The notes under the pieces: generated by a model
Seen by the model: the letters and a program-made list of their open reading frames with translations, nothing else
Database searches by the model: none
Told to the model about the DNA's origin: nothing
Source of the DNA: Mucilaginibacter sp.
Lineage (GTDB): Bacteria; Bacteroidota; Bacteroidia; Sphingobacteriales; Sphingobacteriaceae
Reading direction: 5' to 3'
Assembly (NCBI RefSeq): GCF_028288225.1
Contig: NZ_JAQBOC010000062.1
Coordinates: forward strand, 58,265 to 122,264
DNA length: 64,000 nt
Made by a program: the position numbers and the translations under genes
Shown here: piece by piece, positions 1 through 9,393 of the stretch
How positions within the stretch are numbered: position 1 is the stretch's first letter
Layout: every line of letters begins with the position of its first letter

Positions 1-196
1 ATAATAAATGATATTTAAAATTTAGCATTAAAGAAATATGAAATTTTTGCAGCAACCGGACGTATTTGAACTTAAACAATTCAAAAAGCTAATGTATTAT
101 AACATAAGTAATTGTAAAATATTTTTTACGTAATATTATTTATAAATATTAGATGTATTTTTGCGTTCCCCTAATTTAATTTATGCTAATTGGCCA

Positions 197-382
197 ATGC
201 AAAAAAAGATATTAAGATGTCATAAATGCTCAGCCCCTTATCATTTCGAAAAACCACGAAACTGGATAGGGCGTAATTTACTGTTCTTTCTCCCCATTAA
301 AAGGTATTTCTGCGCAAAATGTTTGACAGACCGTTATCGCTTAATAACTAAAGAGGAATTAAAAGCCTACCACAGAGTATAA
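197..382 (+). CDS. small Zn-ribbon-like hypothetical protein
   Basis: ATG at 197 gives 61 aa with CHKC...CAKC (two CxxC pairs); the ORF track starts at an upstream TTG. Confidence 0.55.
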   Translation: MQKKILRCHKCSAPYHFEKPRNWIGRNLLFFLPIKRYFCAKCLTDRYRLITKEELKAYHRV

Positions 383-554
383 CTGGGTTATATGTAAGTG
401 CATATAGGTATATTATTCAATAAAAAATCTTATCCTTTTCCAAATAATATCAGATAATATCATCTTTAGGTAATTTATCTCATTAAGGAAACCTGTTGCC
501 TCAACAATTGTGTGCTCAATATTGTTATATGCATTTTAACTTATTGCTTTATTC

Positions 555-1538
555 ATGCATGTTGAAAAATTTATTCCTGTAATAATTTTTTTTTTCAATA
601 GCTTTTCAACAACTGCATTTGCTATTTATAGCGACAGCCTGCAACTGCATAAGCGTGATACTGCTAAAATAAATGCATCCCGGTTAATAAACCGTAATTT
701 TAATAATGCTTATCTTCAAAATCTGAGACCATCATACGCCGGGCAGGATTTTTTTGACCCTAAAAAAACGCTTTTAGTTGCTGATCTGTCAACCCATTTC
801 GTTTTGTTAAATACACCAAAGCTGCCTTTCTTTTTTGTTGCGTCTGCACGGGTTAATATTCGGCTCCTGGCAGACCATGGCTCACCTGTTGAGTCACCAA
901 GCTATATGCCCGGCGGTACTTTGTACTTCAGAACAAACAGCGATAGTTATAATCCCAGGTTTTTATCGGTATCATATACACATCATTCAAACGGCGCACG
1001 GGCGGCAACTTTAAACCGCAATAACAGCTTTAATATTGATAGCGGGGAATTCACCACAAACTTTTATACACTAACCTTTCATGCCGGCAAACGCGTTGAA
1101 AGGAAAGGCCTAATAATTAACCGTTATAATGCTATCGGGCTCGAGCTGCATTCGGCATTGGTGGATAAAGGGTATTCAGAAGGATTAAAGGGGCGTTATG
1201 GTTTTGTGCGTGTAAATGGCAACTGGCTTTATATTATCTCAAAAGCAAGACGGGATATTGTTAACCCTAACAAAAAGGCGTTTGAAAACTGGCAGCACAT
1301 TCAGCTTGATTTTGCCTACATTGCTGATAAATACGATAACTATAAAATTACCGATGTTAAAAAGCGGCTCAACATCAACCTTAAATATTATTACAGGTTC
1401 CCGTTTATGCAAAATGTATCTTTAGTTGCCGGTGCAGGTTACCGCGGACAGGATGACTACAATATACTTTTTCAGGATAGTTACGCTTATATTACCCTTG
1501 GCTTTGCGGCGGGGCTTGCTTTTAATGCCCATAATTGA
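555..1538 (+). CDS. outer-membrane beta-barrel, phospholipase A (OMPLA)/PagL-like
   Basis: Signal-peptide-like N-terminus; SPSYMPG followed by YTHHSNG (HxSNG catalytic-type motif); alternating beta-strand pattern. Confidence 0.5.
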   Translation: MHVEKFIPVIIFFFNSFSTTAFAIYSDSLQLHKRDTAKINASRLINRNFNNAYLQNLRPSYAGQDFFDPKKTLLVADLSTHFVLLNTPKLPFFFVASARVNIRLLADHGSPVESPSYMPGGTLYFRTNSDSYNPRFLSVSYTHHSNGARAATLNRNNSFNIDSGEFTTNFYTLTFHAGKRVERKGLIINRYNAIGLELHSALVDKGYSEGLKGRYGFVRVNGNWLYIISKARRDIVNPNKKAFENWQHIQLDFAYIADKYDNYKITDVKKRLNINLKYYYRFPFMQNVSLVAGAGYRGQDDYNILFQDSYAYITLGFAAGLAFNAHN

Positions 1539-1772
1539 ATTGTAAAGATTGTTATTGTTACATAAGGTTAATACTAATTAATAAGTTATGGCCTGGTAAT
1601 CAACAACTCCTGCCCCTTCTGTAACAATATTCCTGCTCTTTTTCACTCAAACAATTTTTTATCCTAATTTTACTACTCCATTGTAATAGCTGTTGACGTA
1701 ATGCGTTTCATTGTAAGATGAATGCATTTATTTGCAGCAATACATCAATCAAACAAAAACTTAAATATCAAC

Positions 1773-2432
1773 ATGAAAAAAGTCCTGTTAAGTATCCTGG
1801 CATTTACTGCTGTAAATTGTTCGCTTATGGCGCAAACCACAAAACTATTTGATGGCAAAACTACTACCGGCTGGCACAGCTATTTAAAAACCGGGTCCGG
1901 TGCATGGAAAGTTGTTGACGGCGCTTTGCAGCTCGATCCTAAAGCAGAAGGCCAGGGCGACCTTGTTACCGATAAAGAATATGAAAACTATGAACTTTCA
2001 GTTACCTGGAAAATTGCCGAAGGCGGTAACAGCGGGATCATTTTCGGGATTCATGAAGATCCATCATTTAATGAATCGTATTTAACAGGCATTGAAATGC
2101 AGGTATTGGATGATAAAGGCGCTTCGGACAATAAGAAAGCCAATCATCTTGCCGGTTCTTTATACGATATGAAAGCTCCCTCAAGCCCTGCAAAACCTGC
2201 CGGCGAGTGGAATAAAGTAAAGATCCGTAAAGATAATGGCCAGCTAACCTTCTGGATGAACGGTACAAAAACAATTGATGTAAAAATAGGCAGCCCCGAG
2301 TGGCAGGAATTGTTAAATAACAGTAAGTTTAAAACCTGGAAAGGTTTTGCCGCTTATCCAAAAGGCCATATTGCCCTGCAGGATCACGGCGCAGTAGTTT
2401 CATTTAAAGACATCACCATTAAAGAACTTTAA
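1773..2432 (+). CDS. DUF1080 / 3-keto-disaccharide hydrolase family protein
   Basis: Signal peptide MKKVLLSIL; LFDGKTTTGW, GNSGI, EMQVLDD, GSLYD, GEWN and GHIALQDHG motifs. Confidence 0.9.
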   Translation: MKKVLLSILAFTAVNCSLMAQTTKLFDGKTTTGWHSYLKTGSGAWKVVDGALQLDPKAEGQGDLVTDKEYENYELSVTWKIAEGGNSGIIFGIHEDPSFNESYLTGIEMQVLDDKGASDNKKANHLAGSLYDMKAPSSPAKPAGEWNKVKIRKDNGQLTFWMNGTKTIDVKIGSPEWQELLNNSKFKTWKGFAAYPKGHIALQDHGAVVSFKDITIKEL

Positions 2433-2438
2433 TTTATT

Positions 2439-2518
2439 AGTCATTAGTCTTAAGTTCGCAGTCTTGAGTCAGGAAATTTGACTTTAGGCTTTAGACTCAG
2501 GACTTCAGACTCAGAACT
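2439..2518. repeat. heptamer (AGTCTTG-like) tandem/inverted intergenic repeat
   Basis: AGTCATT AGTCTTA AGTTCGC AGTCTTG AGTCAGG, then complementary-sense units TTTGACT TTAGGCT TTAGACT CAGGACT TCAGACT CAGAACT. Confidence 0.75.
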
Positions 2519-2527
2519 AAACGAAAA

Positions 2528-4273
2528 ATGAATAACGATATACAAATAAAAAAGTCGTCAACCGTATATGATGCCATAGTTGTTGGCTCGGGTGCAGGCG
2601 GTGGCATGGCCGGGTATGTATTGGCCCATGCCGGTTTAAAGGTTTTAATGCTGGAAGCTGGTCCGTTCTTTGACCCGGCAAAAGATTCCATGCAGCTTAA
2701 ATGGCCCTATGAGTCGGCCCGCAGGGGAGCTGGAACCACCCGCTACTTTGGCGATTTTGATGCTGCTTACGGCGGATGGGAAATTGAGGGCGAGCCATAT
2801 ACTACAAAAGATAAAACAGAATTTCACTGGTTCCGCTCGCGCATGCTTGGCGGTCGTACGAATCATTGGGGCCGCATCTCATTACGTATGGGGCCTGATG
2901 ATTTTAAAGGACACCATATTGACGGACTAACCGACGACTGGCCAATAACTTATGATGAAGTAAAGCCTTACTACGATAAGGTTGACCGCATGATAGGTGT
3001 GTACGGCACCGTTGAAGGCTTACCAAACGAGCCGGACGGGATCTTCCTCCCCCCTCCAAAACCAAGGCTTAATGAGCTGTTTATAAAAAAGGGGGCGGCA
3101 AAAGCCGGGGTAAAGGTAATTGCTGGCCGCGGCTCGGTTTTAACTGAAGCTTTGCCAGGTAATAAGGACCGTGGCGCTTGCTTTTTTTGCGGACAATGCG
3201 GACGCAGCTGTAAAATTTATGGTGATTTCTCATCATCGTCATGCCTGGTTATCCCGGCTATAAAAACAGGCAATTTAAAAGTTATTGCTAATGCGATGGT
3301 GCGTGAGGTGCTTACTGATGATAATGGCCTGGCTACAGGTGTGTCATACATCAATAAGGAAGATATGCAGGAGTACCAGGTAAAGGCAAATATTGTTATA
3401 CTGGGTGCCAGTGCCGGCGAATCTGCAAGGTTGCTGCTAAACTCAAAATCATCCAAACACCCCGGCGGCCTTGCAAACAGCAGTGGTGTGGTGGGCCGTT
3501 ACCTGCATGATTCAACCGGGTCAAGCGCAGGCGGATGGCTGCCTGAACTGATGGACCGCAAACGCTATAATGAAGATGGTGTGGGCAGTGTACATATTTA
3601 TGGGCCATGGGTTACTGATAATAAAAAATTGAATTTCCCGCGCGGATACCATATTGAATTTGGCGGAGGCCTGCACATGCCGGGCTACGGCTTTAGCGGC
3701 GGCATCCAGAATATGAACGGCGCTGTACCGGGCAAGGATGGTAAAATGAAGGAAGCCGGAGGTTTTGGCGCCGATTTAAAGAATGACTATCGTCGTTTTT
3801 ACGGAACAGGCTTTGGTATGGCCGGTCGCGGTACCGCCATTGCACGTTATGATAACTATTGCGAGATCGACCCCAATGTGGTTGATAAGTTTGGGATTCC
3901 TGTGTTGCGTTTTCACTACAAATGGAGCGATTATGAAATTCAGCAGGCCAAACACATGCAGGATACCTTTCAGCATATAATGCACGAGATGGGCGGTGCT
4001 ATTTATGATGCGCCGGCAGGTGCCGACACCAATTACGGTTTGGAGGCGCCGGGTATGATCATCCACGAGGTTGGAACCGTACGTATGGGTGATGATCCTA
4101 AAAAATCTGCCTTAAACAAGTGGTGCCAGGCGCATGATTGCAAAAACCTTTTTGTGGTTGATGCCGCCCCATTTGTACAGCAGGGCGATAAAAATGCCAC
4201 CTGGACAATCCTTGCATTAAGTATGCGTACCGCCGAATACATTTTATCTCAACGTAAAAAATTAAACGTTTAA
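2528..4273 (+). CDS. GMC family oxidoreductase (glycoside 3-dehydrogenase-like flavoprotein)
   Basis: GSGAGG FAD motif; GGRTNHWGR; CFFCGQCGRSC Fe-S motif; HEVGTVRMG; NATWT. Confidence 0.9.
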   Translation: MNNDIQIKKSSTVYDAIVVGSGAGGGMAGYVLAHAGLKVLMLEAGPFFDPAKDSMQLKWPYESARRGAGTTRYFGDFDAAYGGWEIEGEPYTTKDKTEFHWFRSRMLGGRTNHWGRISLRMGPDDFKGHHIDGLTDDWPITYDEVKPYYDKVDRMIGVYGTVEGLPNEPDGIFLPPPKPRLNELFIKKGAAKAGVKVIAGRGSVLTEALPGNKDRGACFFCGQCGRSCKIYGDFSSSSCLVIPAIKTGNLKVIANAMVREVLTDDNGLATGVSYINKEDMQEYQVKANIVILGASAGESARLLLNSKSSKHPGGLANSSGVVGRYLHDSTGSSAGGWLPELMDRKRYNEDGVGSVHIYGPWVTDNKKLNFPRGYHIEFGGGLHMPGYGFSGGIQNMNGAVPGKDGKMKEAGGFGADLKNDYRRFYGTGFGMAGRGTAIARYDNYCEIDPNVVDKFGIPVLRFHYKWSDYEIQQAKHMQDTFQHIMHEMGGAIYDAPAGADTNYGLEAPGMIIHEVGTVRMGDDPKKSALNKWCQAHDCKNLFVVDAAPFVQQGDKNATWTILALSMRTAEYILSQRKKLNV

Positions 4274-4287
4274 TCAGTTATAACAAC

Positions 4288-4938
4288 ATGAACAGACGCG
4301 ACACATTAAAGGCTATAGGCTTCGGTACCCTTTCAACAGGGATGCTGCTGGAGGCCTGTAAGCCAAACAATAATAAAACAGCCGAAGACAATACCGATAA
4401 AGCTGCCCCTGCTGCCGACGAGGCCGGCCGCCAGCCCTTTGAGGTTGAGCGCGATAAAAAGCTTAATGCCGACAAGTTTTTTAACGACCATGAGATGGCT
4501 ACCATTACCGTGCTTGGCGATATCATTATTCCTAAAGATTCCCGTTCAGGCAGTGCATCAGATGCCAAAGTGCCTGCTTTTATAGAGTTTATTGTAAAGG
4601 ACATGCCCGAGCACCAAACACCTATGCGTGGCGGACTACGCTGGCTTGATCTGCAATGTTTAAACCGGTATGGCAAAACATTTGTTGAAGCCAGCAATAG
4701 CCAGCAGATTGAAATGGTAACAGCTATTGCCTATCCTAAAAAAGCAAAACCCGAAATGGCACAGGGCGTATCCTTTTTTAACCGCATGCGCGATTTAACG
4801 GCATCCGGGTTCTTCACCACCAAAATGGGGATCGAGGATTTAGGCTATGTAGGCAACGCCCCCGGCAAATGGGATGGTGTACCAGCTGATGTGCTTAAAC
4901 AATATAAAATTGAAGACCCCTGGGGCAATAAATGGTAA
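4288..4938 (+). CDS. gluconate 2-dehydrogenase subunit 3 family protein (Tat-exported partner)
   Basis: MNRRDTLK twin-arginine signal with LEAC lipobox; DIIIP, VPAFIE, GFFTTKMG, LGYVGN. Confidence 0.85.
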   Translation: MNRRDTLKAIGFGTLSTGMLLEACKPNNNKTAEDNTDKAAPAADEAGRQPFEVERDKKLNADKFFNDHEMATITVLGDIIIPKDSRSGSASDAKVPAFIEFIVKDMPEHQTPMRGGLRWLDLQCLNRYGKTFVEASNSQQIEMVTAIAYPKKAKPEMAQGVSFFNRMRDLTASGFFTTKMGIEDLGYVGNAPGKWDGVPADVLKQYKIEDPWGNKW

Positions 4939-5005
4939 ACTAAGATCTGCAGGATTGATAAGATTTTAGGATTCTTATCAATTCATAAAATAATAGTTCA
5001 GGATT

Positions 5006-5050
5006 TCCCGCATGGCCGGTACTTTAAGTATTGGGGTATGCGGGATTTTT
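5006..5050 (+). terminator. intrinsic terminator
   Basis: TCCCGCAT...ATGCGGGA stem followed by a T-run. Confidence 0.65.
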
Positions 5051-5184
5051 GTTTTACCGCTTTGATCATCCACCACGCTCAATATAACCACGTCATGCTG
5101 ATTTCAGCACCTCACAGCACAGGTAAACCGCGTTTAATGTCGACGCGTTTTTTAACCTTGATTAAAAGATTTCATGATTTTTCC

Positions 5185-5239
5185 CTGTTACGCCTGTAAC
5201 GTTTGTAATAGGGGATTACAAACGTTACAAACGTTACAG
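5185..5239. repeat. long palindrome with internal AACGTTACA repeats
   Basis: TGTAACGTTTGTAAT-AGGGG-ATTACAAACGTTACA perfect 15-bp arms, imperfectly extendable. Confidence 0.7.
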
Positions 5240-5341
5240 CTGGTAAGCACAACTAATTGATTGCCAGGTAGCGTCTAATAACAAGAATTATTAAATGCCG
5301 ATAATGTTTGCTATACTTGGTTAATCAACCTGAAAACCCGG

Positions 5342-6325
5342 ATGGCCGATAACCTTTATAACAACCTACATGCCGAAGGCCTGGTAAGTGATGAGTCGCT
5401 TCAAAAGATCAGGCTGAAGGAAGAAAAACCGCTGCTGTTTTCTGTTCACTGGGAAATAAGAATCTTGCTTTACGTTGGGGTTTTGCTGCTTGCAGCCGGT
5501 TTAGGCCTGCTGATCTACAAGAATATAGACACCATTGGGCACGGGTTTGTGTTAATGCTGATAGGAGCAATATGCCTGGGCTGCTTTTACTATTGCTTTA
5601 AAAACAAGCTGCCTTTTAGTAAGGGTAAGGTGCTTTCACCCAATTCATTTTTCGATTACCTATTGCTGTTAGCCTGTACCAGCTTATTGATCTTTGCAGG
5701 ATACCTGCAATTTGAGTATAAAGTGTTTGGCACCAATTATGGCATGGCCACCTTTATTCCCATGCTGGTGTTATTTTTTATTGCCTATTATTTTGATCAT
5801 CTGGGCATCCTTAGTATGGCTATTGCCAATCTTGCCATTTGGATGGGCGTTTCCGTTACCCCAAAGCAGCTATTGCTCAACAGCGATTTTAATAGTGAGA
5901 CCATTATTTATACCTACCTGCTTTTAGGGATCCTGTTAATTGCCGGGGCTTATGCCAGTCAGCATTTCAACTATAAAAAGCACTTTAAATTCAGCTACCA
6001 GCATTACGGCATCCATATAACCTATATTGCACTGTTGGCCGGGTACTTTCATTATTATGATTCTATGATAGCTGCAGTATGGATGTTGGGCATCTTGCTG
6101 CTATCCTTTTTGATGTATAAGGATGCTTTTAAAAACAAATCATTTTACTTTTTATTGCTGGTGGTATTGTATAGTTACATTGCCATAAGCAGTTTATTTA
6201 TAAGGGCTTTTATGGGTGTGGGCGATATTGGGGGAGTTTACCTGGTATTAATCTATTTTATCGGATCAGGCATCGGGCTGATCCTCTTATTGATCAATCT
6301 TAATAAAAAACTTAAAGCTGCATGA
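5342..6325 (+). CDS. DUF2157-like multi-pass membrane protein
   Basis: N-terminal EGLVSDE..FSVHWE.R.LLY.G pattern and many hydrophobic helices. Confidence 0.75.
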   Translation: MADNLYNNLHAEGLVSDESLQKIRLKEEKPLLFSVHWEIRILLYVGVLLLAAGLGLLIYKNIDTIGHGFVLMLIGAICLGCFYYCFKNKLPFSKGKVLSPNSFFDYLLLLACTSLLIFAGYLQFEYKVFGTNYGMATFIPMLVLFFIAYYFDHLGILSMAIANLAIWMGVSVTPKQLLLNSDFNSETIIYTYLLLGILLIAGAYASQHFNYKKHFKFSYQHYGIHITYIALLAGYFHYYDSMIAAVWMLGILLLSFLMYKDAFKNKSFYFLLLVVLYSYIAISSLFIRAFMGVGDIGGVYLVLIYFIGSGIGLILLLINLNKKLKAA

Positions 6326-7479
6326 TAGCATACAATAAAACATGGCTGGCTAACCTGCATTTGCAGCAGGAAGTAAAAAAGGATGAGCAGCAAGGAAATA
6401 TCAGTAATGCAGAGTTCCATGCTATCGCTCAAAAATATCCGGTGGGCTTTTATTCTCCTAATATTTTTGTACGGGTTGGTTTATTTATACTTACCTGTGT
6501 TATTGTTTCATTTGCTGATGGCTTGTTAAGCTTAATGGCTGCCAGCGGACGTTTAATTGAAACCTTTGGCTGGTTCTTTTTCCTGGGATTGCTGAGCTAT
6601 ATTGCTTTGGAGGTTATGGTTAGCGCTAAACATCATTATCGTTCCGGAGTGGATGATGCGCTCTTATTTATATCCGGCTGTTTGTTTACCATTGGGTTTG
6701 TTATAATGCTATCCGGCACGCATTACCTGCCATTATCCGGATTTATTTTTTTGCTTACACTTTGGTTAAGTATTCGCTTTGCCGATATACTGGCTGCTGC
6801 TGCATGCTGTATTTCCTTCTTGGCTTTTATATTTTTTGGGTGGATAAGAATAGTGCCGGGTGGCTTATCAACAGCGCCATTTGTTATGATGCTGGTTTCG
6901 GGTGGGATGTATTGGATAGCAAGCGCTTATAGCGGCCGGAAAGAATTTATCAATTATGATAGCAGCCTGGCTATTGCAAAGGTTGTAAGCCTGGCAGCCT
7001 TATACGCAGCAGGAAACTATTATGTGATCCAAACGTTAAGCGCCGAAATGATGGGCAAAACAGGTCCGGTTCCTTTTGGGATGATCTTCTGGGCATGGAC
7101 CATATCAGTGCCATTTATTTACATAGGTTTTGGTATAAAAAAGAAGGATGTGATCCTGTTGCGTGCTGGCTTGATATTGGTCCCCGCAGCGATAGTGACT
7201 TTCCGTACGTATTACCAAATCCTCCCAATTGATGCAGCCCTTACCGTTGCCGGAGCAATAGTACTTACAGCGGTTTATGCTGTAGTGAAATACTTAAAAA
7301 CACCCAGGCACGGCTTCACTACTGCAGAGCCGGATGAAGTAAACCTTTTGGATCATCTTAAAGCTGAATCGCTCATAGTTGCTGAAACATTCTCACATGC
7401 CCCGGCTGCTCCGGCAAACGATGGTGCAAAGTTTGGCGGCGGTGATTTTGGCGGTGGCGGATCGAGCGGGGGTTTTTAG
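6322..7479 (+). CDS. multi-pass membrane protein with Gly-rich C-terminal tail
   Basis: ATGA overlap with the upstream gene; SGVDDALL; ends FGGGDFGGGGSSGGF. Confidence 0.8.
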   Translation: MIAYNKTWLANLHLQQEVKKDEQQGNISNAEFHAIAQKYPVGFYSPNIFVRVGLFILTCVIVSFADGLLSLMAASGRLIETFGWFFFLGLLSYIALEVMVSAKHHYRSGVDDALLFISGCLFTIGFVIMLSGTHYLPLSGFIFLLTLWLSIRFADILAAAACCISFLAFIFFGWIRIVPGGLSTAPFVMMLVSGGMYWIASAYSGRKEFINYDSSLAIAKVVSLAALYAAGNYYVIQTLSAEMMGKTGPVPFGMIFWAWTISVPFIYIGFGIKKKDVILLRAGLILVPAAIVTFRTYYQILPIDAALTVAGAIVLTAVYAVVKYLKTPRHGFTTAEPDEVNLLDHLKAESLIVAETFSHAPAAPANDGAKFGGGDFGGGGSSGGF

Positions 7480-7604
7480 TAAATGGTCATTGTGTTAAGG
7501 AAATCCTAATAATTTACCCCCTCCAAACGCGCAGCCTACATGAATGCCTTTAAAATATGCTTTTGGTAGCAACCTCTAAGTATAAAACACACAGAAAATC
7601 GACA

Positions 7605-7774
7605 ATGACCCATCGGGTCTACCCCTTTGTAGAAAAAATATAATAACAAATGTATTGCCTCGTTAGAGGCTACCCTTGACCTGCATGACCTTCAGATGGA
7701 CAAAGGGTAGCCTCTAATGAGGCAAAAAAGAATGACCCTGATGTTTCTACAAAGGGGTAGGCCCTACAGGTCAT
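7605..7774. repeat. nested GTAG-type REP doublet (REPIN-like)
   Basis: Outer arms 7615-7635/7744-7764 and inner arms 7655-7677/7703-7725, each pair with one mismatch; units read GTAG plus a short palindrome. Confidence 0.8.
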
Positions 7775-7832
7775 AGGTCCAGGTAAATATTACAGACATC
7801 TTTCGATTTATAAAAATGTATACACACCGGAG

Positions 7833-7890
7833 TCTTCAAAGGAGAGGATTCTGAAGAAGAGCGAAGCCAAAGTCCTCTCCTTTGGAGAGA
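7833..7890. repeat. REP-like hairpin (CCTCTCCTTTGGAGAG type)
   Basis: CAAAGGAGAGGA pairs with TCCTCTCCTTTG, between convergent genes. Confidence 0.55.
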
Positions 7891-7939
7891 TTATTCACAT
7901 TTTGTTTATTTTTAATGGTGTTCATAAAAGCTTTGCTGT

Positions 7940-9382
7940 TTAGGTGAGGTGCTCATTTATTGATCCAACCAGGCTAAACTCACTTTTGGTAGCTTCGCAT
8001 ACCGGGCACAGATATTCGGATAGATTTTCAAAATCAGCATCTTTTTCAATGTTATTTACGCAATCACCGTATACTTTATCGTACCTGGTTAAGCAATTAT
8101 TGCATTGATAAACTTCCTTCTCCTGATGAAGGGGGGTAGTTTCTTCACTAACTGCTACAGGTGAAACACTATTGCTTTGTATAGTATAAAATTCCGCACA
8201 AAGCCTTATCAAATGTGTGCTTAGCTCTGAAGGCGCTATTTCCTGCAAATAAGTAACATAATCTTTTGAGTTCGGATTAAAATCCCTTGTGTGCAAAATA
8301 TCAAATAATGTGTTTTTGTCCTTTTTTATAATAACCGAGCCGGTTAAACCAGTTTTTGGCTGCATTTTAATAGCGAAACAAAGCTGGTATGTGCGCAGAT
8401 CTGCTTCCTCAAACTCACGTACCAACTGCTTTTTAAGCGCTAGGCCCTCATTGCAAATATCTTCTATCTGCCAGTTCAGCTCGTTCGCAGCATGCCTGAC
8501 GTTCAATCTGTACTTACTCAATATAATTCCCCATTGGTTACGGTCAGCAGGTTCAATACCTTTTATTATGATTGACTTCCAGGGTGTAGAATATATTTGC
8601 CCAATACGGCTTTTAAGGCACAACTGGCAAGCTTCCTTTAAAAAATCAAGTAAAAAAAGCTCGTCACGACGATAGATTCCAAGCCAGTATTTGTTATTGT
8701 ACTTATTGAAGCCTTCGTAATATGGCAAATAAAAATCAGGCAGCTTTAATTCCTCTGTTACCGGCTGAAGCATAGCGCCACTTTTTTTCAAAAGCATTTT
8801 ATAAAAGAGCTTCTCATCCACATCATTTCGATCATAAAAAAGTGCTTTGTTTTGCAGGATAATCTCTTCTGCAATTTTTGCTATCACCGGTATATCATCC
8901 GAATACACCAGCGACGGACAACAGCACAGTTTACCGGTTTTTGGGAAACGGATATATAAATACCAGTAATTATTAGTGTTGGATGCAATAAAGTTAATGT
9001 TCCCGCTAAAGAATGGGACAAAGGTTTGCTGGTTATCAATTAAATTTACTTTTAAACGCGGCCGATGGTCAAACATATCCAGGATATCCTTATAAACCCC
9101 CTCACGCAGCCAGCCTTCATGGTTAAATATTGTATCAGCTACGTATGAGCTAATGATATTGGGATGTAGATCTGCAGAAATCTCGTAATTAATTTCTGCT
9201 TTAAGCATATCCAGTTCCAGATCCTCCAGGCAAGTTTCATTAATACCAAAGTATAGCTGCTGGCGATTACCGAAACGAATATATTCAGCCCCTGCGCTTT
9301 CAGCTATCGCCAGTATTTCATACAGGTCGCCCGCCGAAATGAAACCGCCCGGCAAATTTATTTTAATTATTTGCTGCTTCAT
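7940..9382 (-). CDS. rubredoxin-domain protein with N-terminal nitrite/sulfite-reductase ferredoxin-like region
   Basis: N-terminal KINLPGG...IRFGNRQQL; C-terminal YQCNNC...YLCPVC rubredoxin motif; last gene of the nitrate operon. Confidence 0.75.
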   Translation of the reverse strand: MKQQIIKINLPGGFISAGDLYEILAIAESAGAEYIRFGNRQQLYFGINETCLEDLELDMLKAEINYEISADLHPNIISSYVADTIFNHEGWLREGVYKDILDMFDHRPRLKVNLIDNQQTFVPFFSGNINFIASNTNNYWYLYIRFPKTGKLCCCPSLVYSDDIPVIAKIAEEIILQNKALFYDRNDVDEKLFYKMLLKKSGAMLQPVTEELKLPDFYLPYYEGFNKYNNKYWLGIYRRDELFLLDFLKEACQLCLKSRIGQIYSTPWKSIIIKGIEPADRNQWGIILSKYRLNVRHAANELNWQIEDICNEGLALKKQLVREFEEADLRTYQLCFAIKMQPKTGLTGSVIIKKDKNTLFDILHTRDFNPNSKDYVTYLQEIAPSELSTHLIRLCAEFYTIQSNSVSPVAVSEETTPLHQEKEVYQCNNCLTRYDKVYGDCVNNIEKDADFENLSEYLCPVCEATKSEFSLVGSINEHLT

Positions 9383-9393
9383 GTGTTCATTAT

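Noticed and set aside
2439-2518. Possible CRISPR array or coding repeat
   Set aside because: Units are 7 bp with no spacers, and there are no cas genes; kept only as a simple repeat element.
4940-5130. Degenerate AGGATT-type and GTCATGCTGA..TTCAGCA repeat fragments
   Set aside because: Too decayed and single-copy in this window to delimit reliably.
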